A stretch of 64,000 nucleotides of DNA, taken from IMG/VR virus record IMGVR_UViG_3300008108_000067, positions 26,890 through 90,889 of that record; one strand, 5' to 3'. Positions 9,649 to 20,300 of this stretch are shown one piece after another. Positions within the stretch are counted from its first letter, which is position 1. Each line of letters begins with the position of its first letter. Source of the DNA: a virus. Below the pieces are notes generated by a model that made no database searches, was not told the DNA's origin, and worked only from the letters and a program-made list of their open reading frames with translations. The position numbers were made by a program, and so were the translations under genes.

Positions 9649-12600
9649 TCACGATTGGATATAGGAGAATCCGTCCTCTCTTTTTATCTCAATTAAATTG
9701 TCCACCATATCTCTAGCCGCATCCAAATGACTGATGACAATAAGGAAATCGAATTGAGTTTTGAGAATACCGAACATCGTATGCATTGAACTTAAATTTT
9801 CCGCATCAAGAGTACCCAATCCTTCATCAATAATCATAAAGTTAGACTTTGGTAAGTTTGAAGCGTTCATCAATGCCACACGGATAGCCAAACTACTGAT
9901 GAACCGTTCCATACCCGACGAGTTTTCCAACGGCCAGATACGGTCATAATCGTAGTTTAATTTACCCACGATGTTTTTTCCATCCACTTCGAGAGAAATA
10001 GTAAAGTCCACTATTTGTGACAGAATATTGTTAATTTCTGCCTCAATATTTGGTATAGCTTTACTCATCAAGTCGTACGGAATACCATCACGACCAACAG
10101 CTTCCATATAATACTTATATGCTTCGTAAGTATTCTCCAACTCTTCGGCTTCCTTAATCTGGTTCATAATATCGGTCTTGGTGGCTTCCAGTACCTTGAC
10201 CTCACCGTGAAGTTCACGGATAACCTTTTCCATATGGTCAGCCTTCTTCTTTGCCGATGCAATATCGTGTTCGACAAAAGAGATTTGCTTATCAATATCT
10301 ACATTATGTTCGATATTTTCTTTGTTCAACCGATGAAGTTCAATATCATTTTCTATTTGTTCCCGCTTACGGTCACACTTTTCGATGTTGGTAATCAACT
10401 TCTGGATTTCCAGTTCAACTCCACTTGCATTCTTTTGAAGCTGTTGGACTTCGGTTTGTAACTTTTCATAACTTACACAAAGATTGACCTTCTCGACCAA
10501 CGGTTCCATCTGCTCCTTAATTGTGGTAAGGGCATCTTCTTGGTCAAATCGGAGTCTATCCAACTGTACCAGTTCTGCGTTTACTTGGTCCTTATCAGCG
10601 ATAACTGACTTATTGTTTTCTACACACACCAAACAGTCTGAATTGTACTTGTACCCAGATAACTTCTGCTGGAACTTCTCCTTCTCAGTAATCTTGGAAA
10701 CGGTAAGTTTCAATGCAGATGACCCCTTGTTAAATAATCCAGTTAATCTCTCGTATTCACTTACCGCCTGCTTTAGTTCTGGAATATTTGCCTCTACCAC
10801 CCGATGTGTCTTTTCAGTGATGTTCTGGTTGAGCAGTTTTAGTCGTTCCTCTGCTTCCGTTTTTTGTTGTTCGTAGGTTGCAGACAATTCTATGGTCTTG
10901 TCTTTGTTTGATAAGAGTGTATCAATGTCTAGTTCAATATTTGGAACAGGACGTTTCTTATCTTGGAATTCCTTTAATTTTTCATAAAAAGTTTCTTGTT
11001 CTTGTTTGAGCCTTGTAAATATACCTTCAATCCGTTCATGCTCCTCACGAGTCGTATCCAACTTGGTCTGAGTATCCGATAAAGTTTGGGTAAAATCTAT
11101 CTTCTTAAACTTACGAAGTGCCCCAGAAATTTCCTTCATCTCATCATTTGCTGTGTCACATAACTTATCAAAGATACTTAATCCCATAAACTGAATGAGA
11201 AGGTCTTTACGTTCAGAATGTGACTTATCAATAAACAATGCGTTACTAGTTTGACCACTTAATGCAGTCAAGACGAAATCTTCATAACTACCAACATAAT
11301 TACGAATGTTGGCATTAGTATCACGACGGTCCTCACCATTGAGTGAAGTATGTGTTCCGTCCTCGTTTTCCTTCCAGAACAAGACATCTACCTTGACATC
11401 ACCATTCTTCTTACGAGTTCCAGTTCTACGGATGTAGAATATTTCATCGTTGATTTCAAACTTTAATTGACAGGTGAATTCGTTTTTACGGTTGTTCATG
11501 ATGTGGTCACCACGGAACGCACGTGGTGTCTTGTCGTAAAGACAGAAGATGAGTGCATCCATTGAAGAACTCTTTCCCGTTGCGTTCTGAGCAAACACTC
11601 CGTATATTCCCTTCATCTTCCCAAAGTTAATCACATTGTCCTCACCATAGGAGAACATATTAGAAAACTTTAATTGAATAGGACGCCAATGTACATTTCT
11701 AGAATGATCATCGTGACTAATTTGTGCATTGAGATTTTTATTAACATCCAAAATTTTTGTCATCAATGGACGGTCAATTGTATTATCATACTGACGTTCC
11801 AACCAATCTTGAATGAGTTGGTTCTGTATGTTTAGATTGTTTACATCAACAATATCTGATCCACTCTTAATTTTGTCACGATTGGTATTATCGGTTCTGG
11901 ACTTGTTAATGCTTAGTTCAATAATATTATATTGTTTGCGTAGTGTTGCTACTACCTTCTTAACACCAGAATTATCAAGAGTTCCCGTAAAAAGTCGCAT
12001 GCGAACATTTTTTGGAACATCCGTAGGGAATGGTAATTTTCCATTCTTAACTTCCAACGTATAATATCCATAATTATTTTGTAATGACTTGAATTCATGT
12101 GTGCATGCACTGACATCCCACATACACCAACCGTGATTATCTACCGTTTCTCCGTGGTTCTGCTGAATGAGTGAGGATGCGTACACTATAATTGGTTTCT
12201 TTGCGTGTACATCTCGTTCTTGTAGTATCTGGTATTTGTGGATGTCACCCAACAGTACCATATCAAATCCGTTGAACAATGATGTTTCAACGTGACGGTT
12301 AGTAATTACGTACCGTGCATCGGTTTGTGCACCGTGTACTGGTCCGTGGTATAATGCAATCTTACGGCGACCCTCACAATCCTTTACGGAAGGCCACTGT
12401 TCTCTATCATCCAAAATGGAAAATACAGCAAAATCAGTATCACCAACTTGATAGATACCAGAATGTTTTAGATAGTGTAATTGTTCGTGGTTAATACTTT
12501 TGATTAGTGGTGTCAAACTATCCAATCGGTTCATATTGGACAGATTCAAATCGTGATTACCAGCAATCACTAAGGTGGGAGCTATGTTAGCTAGGTTCTT

Positions 12601-12828
12601 TAAAAACTCCGTTGCCATCATCACCATTTCAGGACTCATGTCCGTCTTTGCGTGCAGAATATCACCAGCAACAACAATAACCGAGTCAGTCAAATCTTCT
12701 TGACGTAACTGGTTATATAGTGTTTCAAAACATTCCCGATATTCATCGTGTCGTTTAAATAGTCGTATATGAATATCCGCAAGGTGTACAATTTTATTAA
12801 GCTTGTTAATACCAGCGATATGTGTCAT
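9649..12828 (-). CDS. Fused Mre11/SbcD nuclease and Rad50/SbcC ATPase (gp47-gp46-like recombination nuclease)
   Basis: Phosphoesterase motifs DIH, GD, GNHD, HG and GDIH; Walker A NATGKSS; CxxC hook CLVC; signature SSGMERF; Walker B IIDEG; D-loop GTLD; H-loop ISH. Confidence 0.93.
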   Translation of the reverse strand: MTHIAGINKLNKIVHLADIHIRLFKRHDEYRECFETLYNQLRQEDLTDSVIVVAGDILHAKTDMSPEMVMMATEFLKNLANIAPTLVIAGNHDLNLSNMNRLDSLTPLIKSINHEQLHYLKHSGIYQVGDTDFAVFSILDDREQWPSVKDCEGRRKIALYHGPVHGAQTDARYVITNRHVETSLFNGFDMVLLGDIHKYQILQERDVHAKKPIIVYASSLIQQNHGETVDNHGWCMWDVSACTHEFKSLQNNYGYYTLEVKNGKLPFPTDVPKNVRMRLFTGTLDNSGVKKVVATLRKQYNIIELSINKSRTDNTNRDKIKSGSDIVDVNNLNIQNQLIQDWLERQYDNTIDRPLMTKILDVNKNLNAQISHDDHSRNVHWRPIQLKFSNMFSYGEDNVINFGKMKGIYGVFAQNATGKSSSMDALIFCLYDKTPRAFRGDHIMNNRKNEFTCQLKFEINDEIFYIRRTGTRKKNGDVKVDVLFWKENEDGTHTSLNGEDRRDTNANIRNYVGSYEDFVLTALSGQTSNALFIDKSHSERKDLLIQFMGLSIFDKLCDTANDEMKEISGALRKFKKIDFTQTLSDTQTKLDTTREEHERIEGIFTRLKQEQETFYEKLKEFQDKKRPVPNIELDIDTLLSNKDKTIELSATYEQQKTEAEERLKLLNQNITEKTHRVVEANIPELKQAVSEYERLTGLFNKGSSALKLTVSKITEKEKFQQKLSGYKYNSDCLVCVENNKSVIADKDQVNAELVQLDRLRFDQEDALTTIKEQMEPLVEKVNLCVSYEKLQTEVQQLQKNASGVELEIQKLITNIEKCDRKREQIENDIELHRLNKENIEHNVDIDKQISFVEHDIASAKKKADHMEKVIRELHGEVKVLEATKTDIMNQIKEAEELENTYEAYKYYMEAVGRDGIPYDLMSKAIPNIEAEINNILSQIVDFTISLEVDGKNIVGKLNYDYDRIWPLENSSGMERFISSLAIRVALMNASNLPKSNFMIIDEGLGTLDAENLSSMHTMFGILKTQFDFLIVISHLDAARDMVDNLIEIKREDGFSYIQS

Positions 12829-13739
12829 GTGTTTTGTAACCTATTTTGTATAAAGTCCTTAAATGTCGTTGCCTTTGAGTTATTTATAAACTCCCAGGTC
12901 TTTTGAAATCCAAGGTCGGCGGCGTCCCCACCACTCACCGATACTTGTGATACATTAATACCATATGATGTTAACTTTCGTTCCAGATTCAATGCTTCTG
13001 TCTTTGCATCATCGTCAAGAAGAATATACACGTTCTTGACTTTATTTTCAAGTAGTTTTACTTCTAATTTTTTCGGTAAAAACTTCCCCAACATTGGAAT
13101 TGCATTCCGTCGAACTGAGATAGCGTCAAACACTCCTTCCACTAATACAATCGGTTCGTTCCAATTAATCTGTTCTTCAAATACCACCACATTCTTTGAT
13201 ACTGGTGGGTTCTTGTACTTCATATTTGTATCGTGATATGCACGTGCGATGAAGTAATTTAGCTTTCCATCTACACCATACGAAGGGACAATAATACGAC
13301 CACCATACTGACCTGTCTCACAATATCCCATTCGATAACGGATAATATCGTATCCAGAAATGCTACGCTTCTTTAAGTAATTGATTGCGTGTTTGTATTC
13401 AAATGTATTGGTGGGTTTCCAAAGTGGTTTAAATTCGTGTGGAAGGTGAAGCTCAACAATTTCGTCCGTTGATGTATCTGTATAACTCTTAACATCTTCT
13501 TCACTCAAACACTTTTTAAGCTCTTTTATTTGTGCGGGTGACACATCCAGTTTTCTAAACAAACCAAGTAGGTGCCCACCTTTTGCACCACACACCCAAC
13601 ACTTCCATTTATTCTTTACAACATTAACTGCGAACTTCTTGTTACGATGATGGCAAAACGGGCAGGAGAAGTAGTGTTCTCCTTTGCCCATATGGTCATA
13701 ATTGCCGAGTATTTGTGATAAGAGAGAGATTAGATTCAT
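12825..13739 (-). CDS. DNA primase (zinc finger plus TOPRIM)
   Basis: CPFCHH...WKCWVC zinc-binding domain; VEGVFDA and LDDD TOPRIM motifs. Confidence 0.9.
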   Translation of the reverse strand: MNLISLLSQILGNYDHMGKGEHYFSCPFCHHRNKKFAVNVVKNKWKCWVCGAKGGHLLGLFRKLDVSPAQIKELKKCLSEEDVKSYTDTSTDEIVELHLPHEFKPLWKPTNTFEYKHAINYLKKRSISGYDIIRYRMGYCETGQYGGRIIVPSYGVDGKLNYFIARAYHDTNMKYKNPPVSKNVVVFEEQINWNEPIVLVEGVFDAISVRRNAIPMLGKFLPKKLEVKLLENKVKNVYILLDDDAKTEALNLERKLTSYGINVSQVSVSGGDAADLGFQKTWEFINNSKATTFKDFIQNRLQNT

Positions 13740-13787
13740 ATGTTAGAAATCTAACCTCTCTCCTTCAAAAAAACAAGTGTTAATTTA

Positions 13788-14138
13788 TTAATTTATATTT
13801 TTTGGTTTGGTCAATTCAAAAAAATGTTCTGCTTCTATAACAGCGTATGTTTTTGTATTATTTCTTTTAAAGAACACTACTGGGTGGGTATTTTCCTTAT
13901 TATTTTTCTCTGCTTGTTGTAGTGCTGACCAAATATTAACTTTTTCTTGGTTCTTACACTCAGGAGAATACGGAAACACTTTCCGAGCAGCGGGGCTGAG
14001 TTTTATATCAGCCCCCGAATCACCCATCAATGTAGATACTACATCGTCTGGTTCTAGCTGTGGAAAGTGTTCGAGTATAAGATCACGGATTGCGTTCTGC
14101 AATCGTTTTCCTTTGTTTTTTGCGCTGCGAGCCTTCAT
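13788..14138 (-). CDS. Holliday-junction-resolvase-like PD-(D/E)xK nuclease
   Basis: SAKNKGKRLQ...GADI...ECKNQE pattern. Confidence 0.7.
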   Translation of the reverse strand: MKARSAKNKGKRLQNAIRDLILEHFPQLEPDDVVSTLMGDSGADIKLSPAARKVFPYSPECKNQEKVNIWSALQQAEKNNKENTHPVVFFKRNNTKTYAVIEAEHFFELTKPKNIN

Positions 14139-14157
14139 ATAACCTCTTTATAATTTA

Positions 14158-14634
14158 TTATGCTGGTGTGTATCCTAGTACTACTCCAGCCGATGTTGAA
14201 TTTTTAGTTAAGTACTTTTCATTATTATCTGTTGCCAAATAACGATGTACTAACTTCGAATTATAATTTTTACGAGATGAATCTATTGCGAAACGATAAT
14301 ATGTGTCAAACGCTGAGTTTACATTTGTTCCAGGTGCACCTGTTGTTGTACCTGTAAAATCGGAATCTTGTGTGTTTACCGACTTTTGAAATCCAGCGAC
14401 ACTCAAACTTGGTTTGTCAACATTAAATCCGTTTTGGTATGTATTTGGAATAAAATCAACGGCGTTTGTTTGTCTAATTTCTTTTGTAACATCCGATTGC
14501 TTACGAACACTGAAATTTTTTGGATTTGCAGTGTTTGGTGAATGTCCAGCAATTGTATTTAATCTGCTATACACTTCTGAATTTTGTAGTAATTCAACTA
14601 ACTTTGACATGGGAATCTCCACATTAGGTATCAA
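14158..14634 (-). CDS. Hypothetical protein at the end of the tail operon
   Basis: 158-aa ORF overlapping the upstream stop. Confidence 0.6.
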   Translation of the reverse strand: MIPNVEIPMSKLVELLQNSEVYSRLNTIAGHSPNTANPKNFSVRKQSDVTKEIRQTNAVDFIPNTYQNGFNVDKPSLSVAGFQKSVNTQDSDFTGTTTGAPGTNVNSAFDTYYRFAIDSSRKNYNSKLVHRYLATDNNEKYLTKNSTSAGVVLGYTPA

Positions 14635-15559
14635 ACTTTACAATGAAAGTTTGGTCTACATTTTTTGCTCGTGGTACTGGATTTGCCAACTTAGCAATTG
14701 CAAGTAGCTCGTAATTGTTGTTATATAACCCAATTGTCGTAACATACGGAGTCAATGTACCAGAATCAAACAATCCAGTTATTGATTCACCAGATGTTGC
14801 TTTTGTAGACGATGATACATTCGGAACAAAATTATTATATGTAACCGTGGTTGACCCCGAAACGTAAGAACCTGTTACTGTTTTATAATATCCGACTGTG
14901 TGATTAAACACCGATGCGTTAAATTCTGATGGTCCCATTTTACATACGACTGTATGTTCAGTTATTTCAAACGAGGATGAGAACTTAACATCTACCGATT
15001 TAAATCTTTCCAGTCTTAATCCACTAGTTGTTATGGATTGAGTTGGTGCAGAAAGATTATTTTGTACCACTACAATTCCATGCTTATAAAATATATTACC
15101 AACTACATTCGTAGTATTATTAACATATAATCTACCATAACCGTCATCTAGTATTGGTGATGATCCAGAAACTCTTATACTAAACGTACCTGCTCCAATT
15201 CCCTCACCAACTGCATCGTTTACGATATTAAACACATACAGCGATGCAGTTGGTGTGTACTTATTTACTGCGATAGATTCTGTGCCATATTCAACAATAG
15301 ACTGCGATGAATAAAATGCATGATTTATCAAACTAAACAACGGGTACGAGTACACACCACTTGCAGAATTATATGTTCCTAAATCTGTATCACTAGTATT
15401 TTGGTATTTCCAATCACTAGGTGGTTGTTCCGCAAAGTCAATAGTTACCAAATCTGTGTTTACTGGTGATCCGGAAACTATTGTATAACTTTGCGATATG
15501 TACGCGGTATAATTGTTTCTAGTATAACCATCAGTACTGAGAGGTTTGAGAGCTCTCAT
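14624..15559 (-). CDS. Tail/baseplate structural protein (paralog of the next gene)
   Basis: C-terminal PYVTTIGLYNNNYELLAIAKLANP...FIVKFD, shared with 15578-16696. Confidence 0.65.
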   Translation of the reverse strand: MRALKPLSTDGYTRNNYTAYISQSYTIVSGSPVNTDLVTIDFAEQPPSDWKYQNTSDTDLGTYNSASGVYSYPLFSLINHAFYSSQSIVEYGTESIAVNKYTPTASLYVFNIVNDAVGEGIGAGTFSIRVSGSSPILDDGYGRLYVNNTTNVVGNIFYKHGIVVVQNNLSAPTQSITTSGLRLERFKSVDVKFSSSFEITEHTVVCKMGPSEFNASVFNHTVGYYKTVTGSYVSGSTTVTYNNFVPNVSSSTKATSGESITGLFDSGTLTPYVTTIGLYNNNYELLAIAKLANPVPRAKNVDQTFIVKFDT

Positions 15560-15577
15560 AAAACCTCCCGTAGTTCA

Positions 15578-16696
15578 TTAGAAATCAAGTCTGACGCGGA
15601 TAAGTGCTTCCTTGTCGAAACTCTTTTCTAGTGGGCGACTTAACTTTGCAACTGCTACCAACTCATTACTATTATTATATAATCCAATTGTTGTTGCGTA
15701 TACTCGTGGGTCTTGTACGAAGTCCTCATTCAAGATTTGACCATTTGTATTATTATAGAACGTTGGATTATTGGAATAGTTGAAATCTTTGTTACGTAAA
15801 CGTACGAAGAAGTGTGTTGATGCAATTGTTTCTGCCGAACGTGCTTGGAAGTCACCACCCAACTTAATTGAACGAACTAAACCGTCGTGGTTACGTTGTT
15901 CACGGATAGTTGCGCCAACCAATGATGCTGTATATGGTGCAAATGGTACTGATGTATTCGTTGTATCGTATGAATAATCTTGTTGTGTACCACAACCAAA
16001 TCCTGCTGATGCTGAACTAAATCCAACTGTTGGGATAATTGCATCTGGATTTAATACGATGATACCCAAGTCTGGGTATACAAGACCAAATCCTTTACCT
16101 GCTGCAGATTGACTGGTCAATACTGTACTTCCACTTGTACCTGTCAATGAACCTGAGCAAACATTGAACACACGACCAGATTTACTTGTCTTTGATTTTG
16201 CACTTAGTGTTTGACCACTATCATCAATAAATGTAAATTTACCAAGTGAACCAGAAAGTGTTAACAACCAGTTACCTGGGTCTAGTTGCTCACGTAGTCG
16301 TGCACGTTGAATGTTAACCACGTAAATATGGTCTGCATTTGTAGTACCAAATGTAAACAAATCGTCAGATGGATCTAACAATATGTTTTTATATTGTAAA
16401 TATGTTGTTTTTGTAGCAACAACCGATAAATCGTCTTGTGCTAATGTTGGTGAACCACCACCAGAAATGTGTCCGTATGCTACGGCAAATTGAACTTCTG
16501 CGGTAGTATCGGTTGCTGGATTCTTATCGTATGCGTCAAAATAATACTCACCACTTGCAGAAATCTGCGTAGTTGACGTAAAGAGCGTCGTTAAACTACC
16601 TGTATCACCGGACCACAGACCAGTTGTAACCGTGGTTTGACTACCACGAACGATATCTTCATCTACGTTAAATGGAACGAAAGTTCTAATTGCCAT
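15578..16696 (-). CDS. Tail/baseplate structural protein
   Basis: C-terminal VYATTIGLYNNSNELVAVAKLSRP...RVRLDF; strong GGGG SD. Confidence 0.7.
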   Translation of the reverse strand: MAIRTFVPFNVDEDIVRGSQTTVTTGLWSGDTGSLTTLFTSTTQISASGEYYFDAYDKNPATDTTAEVQFAVAYGHISGGGSPTLAQDDLSVVATKTTYLQYKNILLDPSDDLFTFGTTNADHIYVVNIQRARLREQLDPGNWLLTLSGSLGKFTFIDDSGQTLSAKSKTSKSGRVFNVCSGSLTGTSGSTVLTSQSAAGKGFGLVYPDLGIIVLNPDAIIPTVGFSSASAGFGCGTQQDYSYDTTNTSVPFAPYTASLVGATIREQRNHDGLVRSIKLGGDFQARSAETIASTHFFVRLRNKDFNYSNNPTFYNNTNGQILNEDFVQDPRVYATTIGLYNNSNELVAVAKLSRPLEKSFDKEALIRVRLDF

Positions 16697-16710
16697 ATAT
16701 TAAACCCCTA

Positions 16711-17340
16711 TTATACTGTTGGCTTCGCAGATACGGTAACCGTAACCGTCTTTGTTGCGCCCGTAAGATTGTTGATGATTGTCAACTGCGTTGTACGATC
16801 AACAGTCAATTCTTTTGCAGATAAATTGAAACTAAATCCTTGTACAACCACAGCATTTGCTGATGTTGGTTGGTTAATTGAGAAGAATGGAACTGTTGTG
16901 CCAGCTGCCAATGGTTGGTTTGTAGTTAATGTTGCTACGTTACCATCATATAGGATTGCTGTGTATCCAGCAGTTGCCAATTCTGCGGTAGTTGTTGGAC
17001 TGACCACAACCGAGTCATTGAAGTTAAGCGAGTATGCAGCAACACCCAACGAAATTGTTGGAATTTCTTTTGTTCCTTGGTCGAGAGATACTAGTTTATA
17101 TCTCATAGCTTGTGTTTCATCAGTTGATGCTTCAAGTACCGGCATGCTTTCAATTAAAGCGCCGTAGTACGATGAACCAAGTGGATGTGAAGTGGTATAA
17201 AGAGTGTAGTCTACCTCGTCATCAGCTACAGCAAATTGCGTAATTTCTGCCGCAGCTTGCTGTCCCTTGGACAAGATTTCTCTACCTTTCTTTGTTAACA
17301 CCGCATCAACTGTAATCGTTGACTTGTTTAGATATCCCAT
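16711..17340 (-). CDS. Tail/baseplate structural protein
   Basis: N-terminal DAVLTKKGREIL...ITQFAVADDEVDY (LTxxGR motif of tail-fibre/baseplate proteins). Confidence 0.7.
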   Translation of the reverse strand: MGYLNKSTITVDAVLTKKGREILSKGQQAAAEITQFAVADDEVDYTLYTTSHPLGSSYYGALIESMPVLEASTDETQAMRYKLVSLDQGTKEIPTISLGVAAYSLNFNDSVVVSPTTTAELATAGYTAILYDGNVATLTTNQPLAAGTTVPFFSINQPTSANAVVVQGFSFNLSAKELTVDRTTQLTIINNLTGATKTVTVTVSAKPTV

Positions 17341-17372
17341 AGTAAGTACCTCTCCCGACTTAAATTGTCTAA

Positions 17373-17380
17373 TATAAATA
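17373..17380 (-). promoter_or_regulatory. Putative late promoter motif TATTTATA
   Basis: Intergenic, upstream of the SD GAGG and ATG 17340. Confidence 0.55.
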
Positions 17381-17395
17381 TGTTATACATTGGTT

Positions 17396-20300
17396 TTAGT
17401 TCACATTTAGGTTAATTCCACCCAAACTTTCTTCTTCTTGTAGAATGTTTGGAGATACCGTTAACGTGGTACCTGCGGTAAATGTAACTTCTACTGGTGA
17501 ACGTCCATCTGTTGTTGTGTCTTGCGTTTGTAAACATCCCAAATAATTTCTACGTTTGGTAGCCAATGCATTATCACGATAGAATTTATAATGTCTTGGC
17601 AAGTATCCAATGGGTAATTGGATAGGTGCTTCGATAGCGAAATAATTAAATGTAACAATAAATCCGTTTGTATACGTATTACCCGCTAATTCTTCAATCG
17701 TATAATATATAACTGGACTTGAACTACTTCCTTCGTCATTATTGATAAGGGTTACCGGAGGATATAATCCTACGTTTCTACTTACGGACCCATTTTCAAC
17801 TTTCATATCCAGTAATACACCGTGATTGTCCAATGGTTCTATTCCAAAGGCTCGATTTACGTCAGCATCACGAGAAGTCGAAGTATCATATAATCTTACA
17901 CGTATTGCTGGAAGTGGTACATCCGCTACACCAACGTTTACAGAAAATAGTGTTGCTAGTGCCTGTAATCTGACCAATCCAGTAGTTCTACTATTTGCTG
18001 CGACAGATCCTAGTGTCAATTTGGTACTGTATCGTTTTGGTTCTACGATAGGACGATTAATTGATACTCTGGTAGTTGGTAATTCAAATACCGATTCGTT
18101 ACCACTAGCTTTATTAACGTCGAAAATAATACGATACGGAGTCTGGACCGCCTTCCCTCTATAAAACACAGGTACCCATCGGTTTTGATCAAGCGATGGA
18201 TAATTGTATGATACGGACGGTGCATCTTGGGCTATATATCTAAATAGTTTACCATTTGCCGTTTTTGCCGAACCGTTGGTTGCCCCGTACTGTACTACAA
18301 CATCATTTTTATTATATGTTGTTCCAAATGACCACGTTGCGGCAGCTCCCGACAAGAAATTTAATTGGTTTAATCCAATAATTTCTTTATAAACAGTTTC
18401 AAAATTATAAATACCATTATTTTTGATATAATAATTTGCTACGCTATAGTCAGTTAAATCTGTTCTTGGTGGAATTACATTAATAATGTTTGCTTGGTTA
18501 ATGTTTTCACTAACACCAATCAAGTCACCAATATCAATTATATTACCAGCTTTGTATCCGATAGCCATTTCTTCAGCTTCTCGTAACGACAATCCGGCGT
18601 ATTTACGCAAGTACTGTATGTAACTTATCTTTTCTACATCCGAATCAAATAATGCAAAGTCGGACGATACGGATTCAGAAACAATCGTACTACGCGTGGT
18701 TCCTTCATAATAATTGAAATCACCACGAACAGTTCCACCAGGAGCTTCAATGGATACCCCATTTAATAATCCTGTGAGAATTTCCCCCATAGGCATTGAT
18801 TGCGTTATATGGAGAGTATTTGCATTGTATGTCGAATACAATCCAGAACCAGTAACTTGCGTCGGGCTGAATCGTGCGTTAAAGGTTAGATTTGCATCAC
18901 CCGTTGGAACTGTATACGAATTTATATTAAATCTGGTGTTGTAATCCGTATAGAAGGCCACCTGGTTAGTGATTCCACTAGCCGATGGTATCTTTGCCTC
19001 TGTTGACAGTGTGATGTCAAAATCACGTGCGTATGTACGTTCAGTGTTAGCAAATCTACTATTTCTTCTAGTGTTCGCACCACTTAATTTTACAGGTTTT
19101 TCAGCTGTTAGTTTTTTGCGTTCGAGAATATTTGGTTCAATTACTATACCAGTAGCTAAAATAGTTTTTGCTGGTACCAATTGACTTGCTTGTTCAAATA
19201 ATGTCGGTGCTAACTCATCAAAGAAACGTACGAATTGTGGTATATTAACTGTGGCGTTATAATATTGTTTATAATAGTTTTGTAGTGCCTCTATGTCTGC
19301 GTACTTTGATTTGTAACGAGTACCATACCCAACACGACTATTAACGTCAACATTACCCAATGCACGAATTAATAAATTATTAACCGCATCGGTTGGTGAT
19401 ACGAAGAATCCTAAATAACTCTTCGATTGCTGTTGTTTTCTACGTGTTTCGTTATCAACAATACTCTTCTTTCTATGGAGTATTAGTTCACCACCAGGTG
19501 AAACCTCAGTAAATACTGGTGGTGGTGCGATGATAATTTTGTTACTTCCGTATGAGTATGCTCCCGTGTTAGTAGTGTATTGACGAATTTTTCTACTTAC
19601 ACGAGTCATGCTGTATGGATATACAGATTTATTTTCAAATCCTACTGCTATAATATTTGTGATATTTGGTAGTAGTGATAATGTAGGATCGGACACACCA
19701 TCTTTATTTCTGTATGGTGATTCATTTGGAATACTTCCTGACGATAGATTTTTTGGTGTGTGGAAGGACATACGAACCCACAAACTTTCTACCGGTGATG
19801 TGTAGTCATTACCTACAAAACTACCAGGGTCTAGTACCTGTGCCTTAAACACAGAGTCACTTATCTGTTCACCCCACACACGAACTTCGTCAATGTATCC
19901 ACCAAAATTATTTAGACTTAGTGAACCAGAACCACCCAAGTAAAAGTTTTTTGTTAATGGCCATGCATCTCGTAAGTAAGAACCCGTGGTGCTCATACTG
20001 GACGAGAATAGTATTTGTTCACCGTCTGATTGTGCAACTTGTAGATTTACACTTGATGTACTGTATCTAAGCATTACATCAAAATAATCTTCTGTATCAA
20101 ACATATCTGCGTAACTACTACTTAATAAAACTTCTCCAATATTATCAGTTACTTCGATACGCCCATATGGTGATGATGCGGATGGATGTGTTGCAAGTTT
20201 AACGATCCACGATCCTGATGGTGATGCTGTGTCACCGACACCCAACGTGGTAGTTTGTTTAATAGAATTATTAAATCTAAATTGTAATGTACCTACTGGT

